This document shows, piece by piece, positions 23,580 to 24,000 of a DNA stretch of 24,000 nt. The notes under the pieces were generated by a model. It was not told where the DNA came from. It worked only from the letters and a program-made list of their open reading frames with translations, and did not search any database. Origin of the DNA: Acaryochloris marina S15 (GTDB lineage: Bacteria > Cyanobacteriota > Cyanobacteriia > Thermosynechococcales > Thermosynechococcaceae); contig NZ_CP064923.1 in NCBI RefSeq assembly GCF_018336915.1, forward strand, positions 3,380,371-3,404,370, read 5' to 3'. The number at the start of each line of letters is the position of its first letter. Positions within the stretch are counted from its first letter, which is position 1. The translations under genes were made by a program, and so were the position numbers.

Positions 23580-23608
23580 GAGGCTTGTCTGTTCCAAGCC
23601 TCTTTTTG
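23580..23608 (+). terminator. Rho-independent terminator after fabF
   Basis: GAGGCTTG (23580-23587) pairs with CAAGCCTC (23595-23602) around a 7-nt loop, followed immediately by TTTTTG. Confidence 0.7.
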
Positions 23609-23691
23609 ACGCCCATAGAAAACATAGACAACGTCGTTTTCTTGCCGCTTATTCCTTCTTGCCGTTCAGTAAATACTAAAAATTCAAGCTT

Positions 23692-24000
23692 ATGGTTGTT
23701 GCGACCCAATCCCTAGACGAACTTTGTATTAATGCAATTCGTTTCCTGGCCATTGATGCCGTCGAAAAAGCCAAATCGGGACACCCAGGTTTACCCATGG
23801 GTGCCGCTCCCATGGCCTATGTCCTTTGGGACCGCATCATGCGGTTTAATCCCAAAAATCCTTATTGGTTTAACCGTGATCGGTTTGTGCTGTCCGCCGG
23901 GCATGGCTGCATGTTGCAGTATGCTCTTTTGCACCTGACGGGATTTAACAGTGTTTCCCTTGATGAAATCAAGAATTTCCGTCAGTGGGGTTCCAAAACC
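23692..24000 (+). CDS. tktA: Transketolase, N-terminal 103 codons (runs off the window)
   Basis: This gene is absent from the ORF track because there is no stop in the window. My own translation from ATG 23692 gives [84 protein letters not shown]..., the canonical transketolase N-terminus. Confidence 0.95.
   Translation, partial: MVVATQSLDELCINAIRFLAIDAVEKAKSGHPGLPMGAAPMAYVLWDRIMRFNPKNPYWFNRDRFVLSAGHGCMLQYALLHLTGFNSVSLDEIKNFRQWGSKT

Noticed and set aside
23732-23938. 68-aa plus-strand ORF, together with the minus-strand ORF at 23461-23709
   Set aside because: The plus-strand ORF is out of frame inside the transketolase gene, whose true frame starts at 23692 and is unmistakable. The minus-strand ORF crosses the fabF 3' end and the terminator.

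Overview
This window looks like a cyanobacterial chromosome segment. The evidence is the acpP-fabF-tktA cluster, the DUF1350-like, GH57-like and HdrB-like CCG-domain genes, and two HIP1 octamers (GCGATCGC at 12922 and 21502). No taxon can be assigned more precisely without a search.

Most of the window is housekeeping or signalling genes:
- a 5'-truncated acidic repeat protein
- an OmpR-type response regulator and histidine kinase pair
- a Spy/CpxP (LTXXQ) periplasmic protein
- a DUF1350-like hydrolase
- a GH57-like glycoside hydrolase
- uvrB
- a histidine kinase with a pseudo-receiver domain, convergent with a membrane Ser/Thr pseudokinase
- an HdrB-like CCG-domain protein
- pip, acpP, fabF and the 5' end of tktA

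No rRNA, tRNA, CRISPR array, transposase or integrase was seen.

The stand-out is one 3.4-kb gene (17084-20515, minus strand). It encodes ten near-identical 25-residue leucine-rich repeats, a Roc GTPase, a COR domain, a Cys cluster, and a C-terminal TIR-like/DUF4062-like domain. The LRR variation sits almost entirely in the predicted ligand-facing positions. The gene lies alone between divergent housekeeping genes and is bracketed by imperfect direct repeats (core 42/44 nt identical, 3678 bp apart), as if a cassette had been inserted into the old intergenic region. I interpret it as a candidate single-polypeptide, NLR-style (LRRK2-like architecture) GTPase-switched immune or abortive-infection sensor. 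That is inference from motifs only.

Secondary oddities:
- catalytically degenerate kinase and receiver domains at 12-16 kb
- a small multi-frame ORF knot at 5.7-6.0 kb
- a pair of identical 19-nt direct repeats near 4.0 kb
- several structured intergenic hairpins

All family assignments come from reading motifs in the supplied translations. No database search was run.
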